A DNA stretch of 47,717 nucleotides from contig CALXJV010000001.1 in the NCBI GenBank assembly GCA_944388715.1, forward strand, positions 1-47,717, read 5' to 3'. The position numbers were made by a program, and so were the translations under genes. Numbering within the stretch: position 1 is the stretch's first letter; each line of letters begins with the position of its first letter. Source of the stretch: an uncultured Clostridia bacterium. GTDB lineage: Bacteria; Bacillota; Clostridia; TANB77; CAG-508. Below, one piece after another: positions 28,223 through 36,407 of this stretch. The notes below the pieces were generated by a model. That model was not told the origin of the DNA, ran no database searches, and saw nothing but the letters and a program-made list of their open reading frames with translations.

Positions 28223-30622
28223 CTATCCTTTTCTTAGAATTTTCTTTATAGCTTTTTTTGTTGTTTTATAAATTTTAGTTTTAGCAAGATTTTTTCTTAT
28301 CACTTTTTCTGTTCTTACCTTTAAACTATTTGGAAAATATTTATTGAAAAATGTTTCTTCTTCCATATTATTTATATCTTTAAAAAATTCTTTTCTCTTA
28401 GAATTCATAGATACACTATTATACATTTCTTTTACATTTTTCACTAATTTATCCACTGGTACTTCTTTATAATTAAATTGGTCTTTGATATTTTCAAACA
28501 ATTCGTTTCCTTTTTGTGATTGTACTAAAATCCTTGTTGTCCCTTTATCATCATCTAATCTTTTATCAAAATTCTCTACTGTAAAACAATCCCAAATAGT
28601 TAAATCACTAACTCTAAATTGCTTTTTAAATTTACAATTATAACATGCAGGTCTATCTGATAAATCTCCAAAAAAAGCTCTTAAATATGGATCTGTCTCC
28701 ACTCCTTCACTGTAAATCTTATTATCTGCTCTTATAGACATCATAGAATATTTATAACCATATTTACTTTTGTCTCTAAATAAAATTTCTTGTATATTAT
28801 TTAGTCCATTATTTTCTTTTTCATAATGTAAATATTTTCTCCATACTAATGGTGATGGCACCGCATGACATACTATGTCTACAGTAATTAGTTTTTCATA
28901 TTCTTTGCCTAAAAATTTTTTCAAACCTTCAATTTGACATGGTGTACCACTGAAGCATACCAATCTATCATTTTCTAAAAATTCTTTTGCCTCTTTAAAT
29001 GTATTTTTTAGATTGCTTTGTACATATTTACTTCCTCTAAATTTTTTTAAATCTTTTTTTGTTGTTACATAAGTATGTTGAACATTAAATTCTTCATCAA
29101 ATGTAGCACCAAATACAACTCCATTATTTTCAATTATATATTCTGCTATTGCTGTAAATGCTCCTCCAGATGTACTTTCTTTCCTAATTTTTTCATCCTT
29201 ATTATTTACAACATATGCCATTTGTTTTGTTTCTTTTTCTTTATTCTGATTTAAAATAGGACATACTTTTTGACATAATCCACAATTTATACATTTTTCT
29301 TTATCGACTACTGGATATAAAAAGCCTTCTTCATCTTCTTGCATTTTTATTGCATTTTGTGGACATATATTTTTACATGCTGTACAACCACAACATAAAG
29401 ACTTATCTTCTATTTGAATATATTTATTTTTTTTTTCTTGTTCTTGGTCTCTAATACTTTGTTGTAATGCATCTTTTAAAAATTCTTTTGATTCTTCTCT
29501 AAAAGCTTCTAAATTCTGATTAACAATATCAAAATTAATTTTATTCTTCAATACTTCTTTTACATTTTCGTTTCCTTTTAGTAATCTATTTTCTAAATTC
29601 ATTAAACCTAGTAAAGAATAAATTCTTGAATTTGTAGAAACTTTTGAATTTTTATTCTTATATCTTTCAAATGTAAAAAATTCTATATTATTTATTAAAG
29701 AAAATACTGTACCATGAAAAGAATCTGTACATACATATTGGGCATTTCTTATTAAATTTAAAAATTCTTTTGGCCCTATATCATATGGTGTTATATCTGC
29801 AAATTTATCACTATATTTTACATATTCATCTGCATGATTTAAAGATACAATTTTGCACCCTGTTCTTTCTTTTAACCTTTCAGCAAATTTTCTATGCTCT
29901 ATATTTTTCCCCAAAAAATAGCATAAAATATAATTTTCTTTTATTATTGGTTCATCGTTTTGTACTTGTGTCCATTCTTCTTTTGACAATAACATTGTTG
30001 GATCACAAACCAATTTAGCATCTCTTCCAGTTAAATCTTTTACTATTTCACATCCTTTATCTTCTCTTACAGATATATAGTTAATTCTTTTTAAGAATTC
30101 TGTATACTTTTCTTTATATTTTTTCGGTATTTCAGATATTCCAAAACTTGTAGCATATGATATTTTATTGATGTTATCTGGTACCCAATTTAAAGTATAA
30201 TAATCTGCCACTACATTTACTGGTAACCATAATTGATCGCTTCCCACTATAATACTTGTATATCTTTTTGCACTTTCTTTTAAATCTTCATATGTCAATT
30301 GTGGACTTGTTAATCTGAACTCTTTTTGAAATTCTTTATATTTTTTATCCCTAATAGCTATATTTCTTCCTAGCTTTTTATGTGTTTTTTTATCAATTTT
30401 TAATTTTATCATTCCTAATTTTGATTTCACAAATTTAAAATCAAATATTTGTGTTTTATAATACTTTGCTTTTCCTTTTTTAAAATCAATATTACTTGTA
30501 ATATCAAAAGTTTCATTTTCTAATCCCATATTATCTAAAACTTTTTGTGTTGCATATGCCTGTAACATACTCCCATAATTATGTTTAAAATAACAAGATA
30601 CTATACCTATTTTTCCACTCAT
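28223..30622 (-). CDS. natural fusion of a polysaccharide pyruvyl transferase (N-terminal ~400 aa) with an FrhB-like 2x[4Fe-4S] protein (C-terminal ~395 aa)
   Basis: The N-terminal half has GSDQLW and CTDSFHG. The C-terminal half has CCGCTACKNICP, CINCGLCQKVCP, STSGGAFT and GTPCQI. The joint ...KKNKYIQIEDKSLCCGC aligns with the N-termini MINIIEKTQCCGC and MIDFNFEKNCYGC of the stand-alone paralogs. Confidence 0.8.
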   Translation of the reverse strand: MSGKIGIVSCYFKHNYGSMLQAYATQKVLDNMGLENETFDITSNIDFKKGKAKYYKTQIFDFKFVKSKLGMIKLKIDKKTHKKLGRNIAIRDKKYKEFQKEFRLTSPQLTYEDLKESAKRYTSIIVGSDQLWLPVNVVADYYTLNWVPDNINKISYATSFGISEIPKKYKEKYTEFLKRINYISVREDKGCEIVKDLTGRDAKLVCDPTMLLSKEEWTQVQNDEPIIKENYILCYFLGKNIEHRKFAERLKERTGCKIVSLNHADEYVKYSDKFADITPYDIGPKEFLNLIRNAQYVCTDSFHGTVFSLINNIEFFTFERYKNKNSKVSTNSRIYSLLGLMNLENRLLKGNENVKEVLKNKINFDIVNQNLEAFREESKEFLKDALQQSIRDQEQEKKNKYIQIEDKSLCCGCTACKNICPQNAIKMQEDEEGFLYPVVDKEKCINCGLCQKVCPILNQNKEKETKQMAYVVNNKDEKIRKESTSGGAFTAIAEYIIENNGVVFGATFDEEFNVQHTYVTTKKDLKKFRGSKYVQSNLKNTFKEAKEFLENDRLVCFSGTPCQIEGLKKFLGKEYEKLITVDIVCHAVPSPLVWRKYLHYEKENNGLNNIQEILFRDKSKYGYKYSMMSIRADNKIYSEGVETDPYLRAFFGDLSDRPACYNCKFKKQFRVSDLTIWDCFTVENFDKRLDDDKGTTRILVQSQKGNELFENIKDQFNYKEVPVDKLVKNVKEMYNSVSMNSKRKEFFKDINNMEEETFFNKYFPNSLKVRTEKVIRKNLAKTKIYKTTKKAIKKILRKG

Positions 30623-30625
30623 AAC

Positions 30626-31705
30626 TTATTCTCCATATTCTTCTTTATATTTTTTTACCATATTTTTTATATTATATATTGTTTGTATATCTTTCCATTC
30701 TTTATCTACTACATCTACAAAATTTTTGTTTTTTAATAGCATATTAATTATATTTACATATTCATCTGTGTTTCTAGCAATATATCCATTGTTTCCATCT
30801 TCAATCACATCTCTATTTCCTATAACATCACTTACAATACATATTTTTTTCATATACATTGCTTCTAATAAGGAAATAGGTAACCCTTCCCATAAAGATG
30901 GTAGTAGAAATATATCATTATCATTCAGTTCTCTTAATACGTCTTTTCTTTCTAACCAACCTGTTATTCTGATATTTGAAGATTTTAATTCATCTTTTAA
31001 TTCTCCATCTCCAATCCAAGTAAATTGCAAGTTTGGAAAATTTTTAGCTATTTCATTGAACATTTTTGGATTTTTTTGAAAACCAATTCTTCCTACTGTA
31101 CATATTTTCAAATTATCACAATCAATTTCTTTTTCTTTTAAACTTTTGGTTTCTTCTTTTAATTTCTCTATATTTATTCCATTATTAATACATATTGAAT
31201 TCTTGTTTAACTTTTTAGCTTCTTCATATTCACCTTTTGAACACCCTACTATTGTGCATTTTGGATTTAGCATCGCTGTTACTTTTTCTATTGCCTTATA
31301 CATGAACCTTTTTAGTCTTGAATCATCCATTTTCAAAAAAGAAAATCCATGAGGATTATAAAACATTTTTATTTTCCTATTATGGATTCCTATTCGTCCT
31401 AGTATTCCAGCTTTTGAAGAATGTAAATGTACAATCTCTGGTTTTTCTTCCTTTACAATTTTCCTAATTTCTTTTAATGCTTTTATATCTTTTTTACAAT
31501 TAATACTTCTTGTAAAATTTTCAACTTCAATAAATTTTATATCTTTGTTGAAATATTCTTTAAAATTTTCTGGAGTCTGCGGTCTCAATGAATAGGCAAC
31601 AACAATTTCATATTCATCACTTAATCCATTAAATAAATCACATAATACTGTAAATACTCCTCCTCCAAATGCTTCTACTATTTGAAGAACTTTTTTCTTT
31701 GCCAT
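30626..31705 (-). CDS. GT4 (GT-B fold) glycosyltransferase
   Basis: LPSLWEGLPISLLEAMYMKK motif. The start overlaps the stop of the upstream gene (TAATG). Confidence 0.8.
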   Translation of the reverse strand: MAKKKVLQIVEAFGGGVFTVLCDLFNGLSDEYEIVVAYSLRPQTPENFKEYFNKDIKFIEVENFTRSINCKKDIKALKEIRKIVKEEKPEIVHLHSSKAGILGRIGIHNRKIKMFYNPHGFSFLKMDDSRLKRFMYKAIEKVTAMLNPKCTIVGCSKGEYEEAKKLNKNSICINNGINIEKLKEETKSLKEKEIDCDNLKICTVGRIGFQKNPKMFNEIAKNFPNLQFTWIGDGELKDELKSSNIRITGWLERKDVLRELNDNDIFLLPSLWEGLPISLLEAMYMKKICIVSDVIGNRDVIEDGNNGYIARNTDEYVNIINMLLKNKNFVDVVDKEWKDIQTIYNIKNMVKKYKEEYGE

Positions 31706-32418
31706 TATATAGCTCCTTCTTTTTTTATTACATTTTCTACTGTTTTGTATAATATTTTTATATCTGATTTTAATGTATGATTATAATAATAACTCATATC
31801 TAGAGTTAGTCTTTCTGTAAATGTTGTATCACTTCTCCCACTTGTTTGCCACAGTCCTGTTATTCCTGGTTTACAAGATGTTATGTAATTGAAGAAACCA
31901 TTTATGTCCTCTTTTTCTCTTGGCATATATGGTCTTGGCCCTACTAAACTCATTTCTCCTTTTAGCACATTTATAAATTGAGGAAATTCATCTAAACTTG
32001 TTTTTCTTATAAATTTTCCTATTTTAGTAATCCTAGGGTCATTTTTTAATTTCTTATATTCTTTAAATTCTTTTCTTGCCTCTTCATTTTCTTCTAAATA
32101 TTTTTTTAGTTTTTCATCTGCCCCTACTACCATTGAGCGATATTTATACATTTTAAATATTTTGCCATTTTTTCCTATTCTATCTTGTGTATAAAATATA
32201 GGACCATTATCTTTTGCTATTTTATTAGCTATCCAAAGACCTATTGTTAAAGGAATTAGCAAAAACATTCCACATAATCCACCTAAAATATCTATAGCTC
32301 TTTTTGCTATTTTCTCTAACTTTACTGTGAATCTATTTCTTTCTAATTTCTTTGGTATGAGTGCAAAACTTTCTATATCATTATCTTCATATAATAATAT
32401 ATCATTTCGAACATCCAT
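31705..32418 (-). CDS. initiating undecaprenyl-phosphate sugar-phosphate transferase (small bacterial sugar transferase, EpsL/WbaP C-terminal type)
   Basis: A single TM segment plus the catalytic domain motifs GPRP, DEFPQ and GITGLWQ. It is the first gene of the co-directional locus. Confidence 0.85.
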   Translation of the reverse strand: MDVRNDILLYEDNDIESFALIPKKLERNRFTVKLEKIAKRAIDILGGLCGMFLLIPLTIGLWIANKIAKDNGPIFYTQDRIGKNGKIFKMYKYRSMVVGADEKLKKYLEENEEARKEFKEYKKLKNDPRITKIGKFIRKTSLDEFPQFINVLKGEMSLVGPRPYMPREKEDINGFFNYITSCKPGITGLWQTSGRSDTTFTERLTLDMSYYYNHTLKSDIKILYKTVENVIKKEGAI

Positions 32419-32467
32419 CCTTTTCTCCCCCCTATATTACATAATCTCCCATTTTTTTTGCATATAC

Positions 32468-32497
32468 ATTATACTACACTCCAACACAATTTGTAAA
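32468..32497 (-). promoter_or_regulatory. candidate sigma-A promoter of the polysaccharide operon
   Basis: On the minus strand, TTTACA, an 18-nt spacer and TATAAT lie about 50 nt upstream of the sugar transferase ATG. This is pattern match only, in AT-rich DNA. Confidence 0.3.
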
Positions 32498-32574
32498 TGA
32501 TTTTGGGCAAGATTTTATTATTTTTTTGCATTTTATAATGTATATTTACTTTTCTCTGCGATTTTTGGAATATT

Positions 32575-33078
32575 CTAAATAGATTTCTCTGTTTCTTGAC
32601 ATTTTTTTATAACATATCTATGATATATTTCTCTAATTAACAATATTATTACTATTCCCAATAAAATTCCTAATGTATCTATATATACATCTGTTATTTT
32701 TGGTGTTCTTCCTGGAGAAAAACTTTGATGAAATTCATCTAAAATTGCATATATGATTCCTGCCCCTAATGTTATTAATACTCTCCATTTTATTTTTAAT
32801 TTTGTTTTAGTCATAGTTCCCATTAATAGTATACCTAATATTGTATATATTGTAAAATGCGCTATCTTTCGTACAACTGCATTTGTTCTACTTCGTATTT
32901 TAGTCTTTTCTTTTGCATTTGCTTCTTTATACTTATCACTAAAACTTAATATTGCATCTGTCACCTTTGTACTAATTCCTTTTGATTGTGTTCCATTTTG
33001 GCTAGAAAATCCAAATATTACAAAAAAGGTCGCAAATAACATTATTATTAATATAATTCTAAAAATTTTCAATTTCAT
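32575..33078 (-). CDS. VanZ family membrane protein
   Basis: 167 aa with 4 TM helices and a KIAHF...DEFHQ pattern typical of VanZ-like proteins. Confidence 0.75.
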   Translation of the reverse strand: MKLKIFRIILIIMLFATFFVIFGFSSQNGTQSKGISTKVTDAILSFSDKYKEANAKEKTKIRSRTNAVVRKIAHFTIYTILGILLMGTMTKTKLKIKWRVLITLGAGIIYAILDEFHQSFSPGRTPKITDVYIDTLGILLGIVIILLIREIYHRYVIKKCQETEKSI

Positions 33079-33486
33079 TTTTTATAGCATTCCTTCCTAA
33101 TGTATAAATTCTGGTTGAAAAAAAATTGCAATTATTTTTCAACCTTCTTCTTTCTAAAATTTCTTTACTATTATACTATTGCTATCTTTAATTTACAAGC
33201 TTTATTGAATCTTTTTTCTTTAATTGTACTAAAACGTTATTTTTTACAATTAAAAAATTTATGAAAATAGTTCATATCAAGCATAGCCCAAACCAAATAT
33301 AGAATTGCATAATTGTATTAGGTATCTTATATTTCTGTATTGAACTTAAAAATTGTAAAATATTATATATTTCTATGCAATAAAAAAGAAAATAATCTCT
33401 ACCATTTTTCATAATAAAAGACTATTTTCTTTTTATCATCTATGATTTTATTATTTTTATTTATATATTTGCTAACCCTTTTTAAT

Positions 33487-33981
33487 TTATTGATTTGCAG
33501 TATATCCATATTTCATTTCTATTTCTGCTAATTTACATTCCATTTTTTTATGTTCATATTCGTTTTGCTTAATATATTTATTCAAGTCATTTTTTAATTC
33601 TATTCTTGTATTTGCTAATTCAGTTCGTGTCTTTGTTTGCTCATTTAGTATTTTAGCTAAGTTTACATTTACCATCATATCTAACATATTTTCTATTTTA
33701 TCAAATCTACTATCAACAACTTTATTTCTTTCTTCTGCTTTTTTATCTTGTTCTGCAAATCTTCCTTCCCACTTCTTGTCTTGCTCTTTGAATTTTGCAT
33801 CCCATTTTTTGTCTTGCTCTGCAAATCTTGCATCCATCTTCTTGTCTTGCTCTGCAAATCTTGCATCCATCTTCTTGTCTTGCTCTGCAAATTTTGCATC
33901 CATCTTTTTGTCTTGCTCTGCAAATCTCTTATCAAACTCACCTTGAATTTTTTCCCATAGTTCGTCCAAGCTATTTATCAT
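33487..33981 (-). CDS. orphan coiled-coil protein with five 11-aa tandem repeats FAEQDKKMDA(K/R)
   Basis: 164-aa ORF preceded by GGAGGGAGG. It has no signal peptide or TM segment and sits between long AT-rich non-coding flanks. Confidence 0.6.
   Translation of the reverse strand: MINSLDELWEKIQGEFDKRFAEQDKKMDAKFAEQDKKMDARFAEQDKKMDARFAEQDKKWDAKFKEQDKKWEGRFAEQDKKAEERNKVVDSRFDKIENMLDMMVNVNLAKILNEQTKTRTELANTRIELKNDLNKYIKQNEYEHKKMECKLAEIEMKYGYTANQ
33744..33928. repeat. tandem 33-bp repeat array (about 5.5 units) inside the orphan gene
   Basis: Units 33811..33843 and 33844..33876 are identical (33/33). The neighbouring units differ at a few positions. Confidence 0.9.
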
Positions 33982-34121
33982 ATGCCTCCCTCCTTCCTAT
34001 GTAAAAATAATCAAATTATAACTATAAATATTCTATATAATTATTTTCTTATATTAAACATTTTGGATTAATTTGATTTTAAATTTTTGAAATAAAACAT
34101 TGAATAAATATTTTAAATAAT

Positions 34122-34171
34122 AAAAAACATAGATAATTATGTTAGTATAATAACATGTTTATCTATGTTTT
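34122..34171 (-). terminator. rho-independent terminator downstream of argS
   Basis: 12-bp stem aaacatagataa / ttatctatgttt followed by a T-run on the minus transcript. Confidence 0.6.
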
Positions 34172-34257
34172 GCAAGTCCTTTTTTGTGAATTTTTGGTAA
34201 ATTTTGATGTATTATCTTTATTTTTCTATTTTAATTGCACATTTACTTCCTTTTTTA

Positions 34258-35967
34258 TTACATCTTATTTGGCATGTCAATCCCTAATAATTTTGCTCCT
34301 ATTTTTAAAACTTTTCCAACTGAATAAGTCAAATAAACTCTAGCATTTTGAGTATCCTTATCTTCTACTAATATTTTATTATCATTATAGAAATTACTAA
34401 AAGATTTAGCTATATCTATTAAATATCTAGATAATATTGATGGTTCTTCTTTTTGTGTTACTTGTTCTAATATGTTTTCAAAATTATATATTAGATTAAT
34501 GATATTTTTAGATGACTCATCCCCAAGTTTGTCAAATTTAATCTCTTCTATTTGTGGAATATATCCAGCTTTTTCTAAAACGCTTTTTGTACGTACATAT
34601 GTATATTGAATATAAGGTCCTGTTTCTCCTTGAAAATTTAGTATTTGATTCCAATCAAATATTTCATCTTTTATTCTGCTATTTGATAAATCATTAAAAA
34701 TAACTGCTCCAACACCTACTTTTTTTGCTACATTTTCTTTATCCTCTAAATCAGGATTTTTTTCTTCAATTATGCTCTTTGCTCTACTAATTGCTTCATT
34801 TAATAATTCTTCTAACTTAACAATATTTCCTTCTCTTGTAGACATCTTTCCTGTTGACAAAGATACCATACCAAATGGTACATGTTTTAATCCATTTGTA
34901 TATTTTTCATCTAGACCTAGTAATTTTGCTACTTCAAATACTTGTTTAAAATGTAATGTTTGCTCATATGATACTACATAAAGTGCTTTATCAAAATCGT
35001 AGTTTCTAGCTCTATAAAGAATAGCTGCTAAATCTCTTGTAGCATATGTTGTTGAACCATTGGATTTTTGTATAATACATGGTGTATTTATTCCTTTGTC
35101 TTCTAAATCTATTATTTTAGCACCTTCTGATTCAACTAGTTTTCCTGTTTTATCCAATATCTGAATTACTTCTGGCATTTTATCTGAATAAAACGCCTCT
35201 CCATTCCATGAATCAAATTTGCTTCCTAACAAATCATATACCCTTTGAAATTCTTTTAAACTTAATTCTCTAAACTTTTCCCATATTTCTTTGCAATATG
35301 GGTCTCCATCTTCTAAAAGTTTGAAATTCATTCTACATCGTTCTAATACTTTTTCATCTTCTTTACATAATTGATTTATTCTAATATATATTTTGGTTAA
35401 TTCATTTATTGGGTCTTCTTCTATATTATACTCTTTCCCCCATAATTTGTATCCTTCTATCAATTTTCCAAACTGGGTTCCATAATCACCTAAATGGTTA
35501 ATCCCTATTGTGTTATAACCTAAATATTTGTAGATGTTATATAATGCTCCTCCTATTACAGTTGAGCGTAAATGTCCTATATGAAATGGTTTCGCAATAT
35601 TAGGTGCTGAGTAATCTATAACTATGTTTTTTCCTTTTCCTATATCTGATTTCCCATATTCTTCTTTTTTTGATATTTCTGTTAATACTTCTTTTGTTAA
35701 TAATTTTTGATTAATATAAAAGTTTAGATAACCTCCAACTACTTCTACTTTTTCTATTGTTTCTCCTTCTATTTTTAGTTTTTCTTTTATATCTTCTGCT
35801 ATTATTGGAGGTGCTTTTTTTAATTCTTTTGCTAATCTAAAACATGGGAAAGCATAATCACCATTGCTTGAATCTTTTGGTACTTCTATATATGTTTCCA
35901 ATTCTTTTTCTTGTATATTAACTATTTTTGATATTTCTTTTGCTATTATATTTTTAAAATTTGTCAT
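34258..35967 (-). CDS. argS: arginine--tRNA ligase
   Basis: 569 aa with the class I HIGH-type motif (PFHIGHLRS), the ArgRS N-terminal domain and a DALR-type anticodon-binding C-terminus. Confidence 0.95.
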   Translation of the reverse strand: MTNFKNIIAKEISKIVNIQEKELETYIEVPKDSSNGDYAFPCFRLAKELKKAPPIIAEDIKEKLKIEGETIEKVEVVGGYLNFYINQKLLTKEVLTEISKKEEYGKSDIGKGKNIVIDYSAPNIAKPFHIGHLRSTVIGGALYNIYKYLGYNTIGINHLGDYGTQFGKLIEGYKLWGKEYNIEEDPINELTKIYIRINQLCKEDEKVLERCRMNFKLLEDGDPYCKEIWEKFRELSLKEFQRVYDLLGSKFDSWNGEAFYSDKMPEVIQILDKTGKLVESEGAKIIDLEDKGINTPCIIQKSNGSTTYATRDLAAILYRARNYDFDKALYVVSYEQTLHFKQVFEVAKLLGLDEKYTNGLKHVPFGMVSLSTGKMSTREGNIVKLEELLNEAISRAKSIIEEKNPDLEDKENVAKKVGVGAVIFNDLSNSRIKDEIFDWNQILNFQGETGPYIQYTYVRTKSVLEKAGYIPQIEEIKFDKLGDESSKNIINLIYNFENILEQVTQKEEPSILSRYLIDIAKSFSNFYNDNKILVEDKDTQNARVYLTYSVGKVLKIGAKLLGIDMPNKM

Positions 35968-36048
35968 AATATATTTCTTCCTTTCATCTTTTCTATCAAT
36001 TTATATGGATTTTATCACATAAAAATAACAAAAGCAAGAATTTCCTCT

Positions 36049-36299
36049 GATTCGCAATAAAATGGAAAAAAGGGGACTATTATAATATAAAAAAATGGAA
36101 CGATTTTGCGTATCTAAATTTGAATTAGAAATTCTTAAAGGAAACAATGTTGGATATGCACGGTACTCGCAGTATGCGAGGGTCTGAGTGCAAGTAAACA
36201 TTTTTTCCTTTTAGAATTTCTTTGAAAATTTAGCTTATACAAAATTGTGTAATGATTTTATATTATAATAGTCCCCTTTTTTCCATTTTATTGCGAATC
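36049..36299. repeat. palindromic intergenic element, copy B, carrying a nested ~97-bp insertion
   Basis: Perfect 44-bp arms gattcgcaataaaatggaaaaaaggggactattataatataaaa / ttttatattataatagtccccttttttccattttattgcgaatc. The inner part is nearly identical to copy A. An extra segment at 36134..36230 is absent from copy A. Confidence 0.8.
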
Positions 36300-36407
36300 A
36301 AATTAGAACAATACTGGCTTTCTTAAAAATTTTGCAAAGTAAATTTGCACTTTTCTATATTTACTGATATACTATGATTACAAAATCTATTATAGGAGGT
36401 AATAAAT

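Noticed and set aside
33693-34004. Three extra ORFs (33693..33941 minus, 33748..33960 plus, 33795..34004 plus) over the 33-bp repeat array.
   Set aside because: They are alternative frames or strands of the same tandem repeat. Only the 33487..33981 frame has a strong RBS and a non-repetitive N- and C-terminal context.
36001-36201. 66-aa minus-strand ORF in the argS-deoD spacer.
   Set aside because: It runs through the palindromic repeat and its nested insertion, has no RBS and gives a nonsense-like sequence. It is most likely an artefact of the repeat.
35968-36300. T-box leader upstream of argS.
   Set aside because: argS is often T-box controlled in Firmicutes, and the region contains a gaGUACCGUGc segment on the minus strand. 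I could not find the GGUGGUACCGCG T-box consensus, a specifier loop with an Arg codon, or a terminator/antiterminator pair. The structure is instead the palindromic element shared with the feoA-asd spacer.
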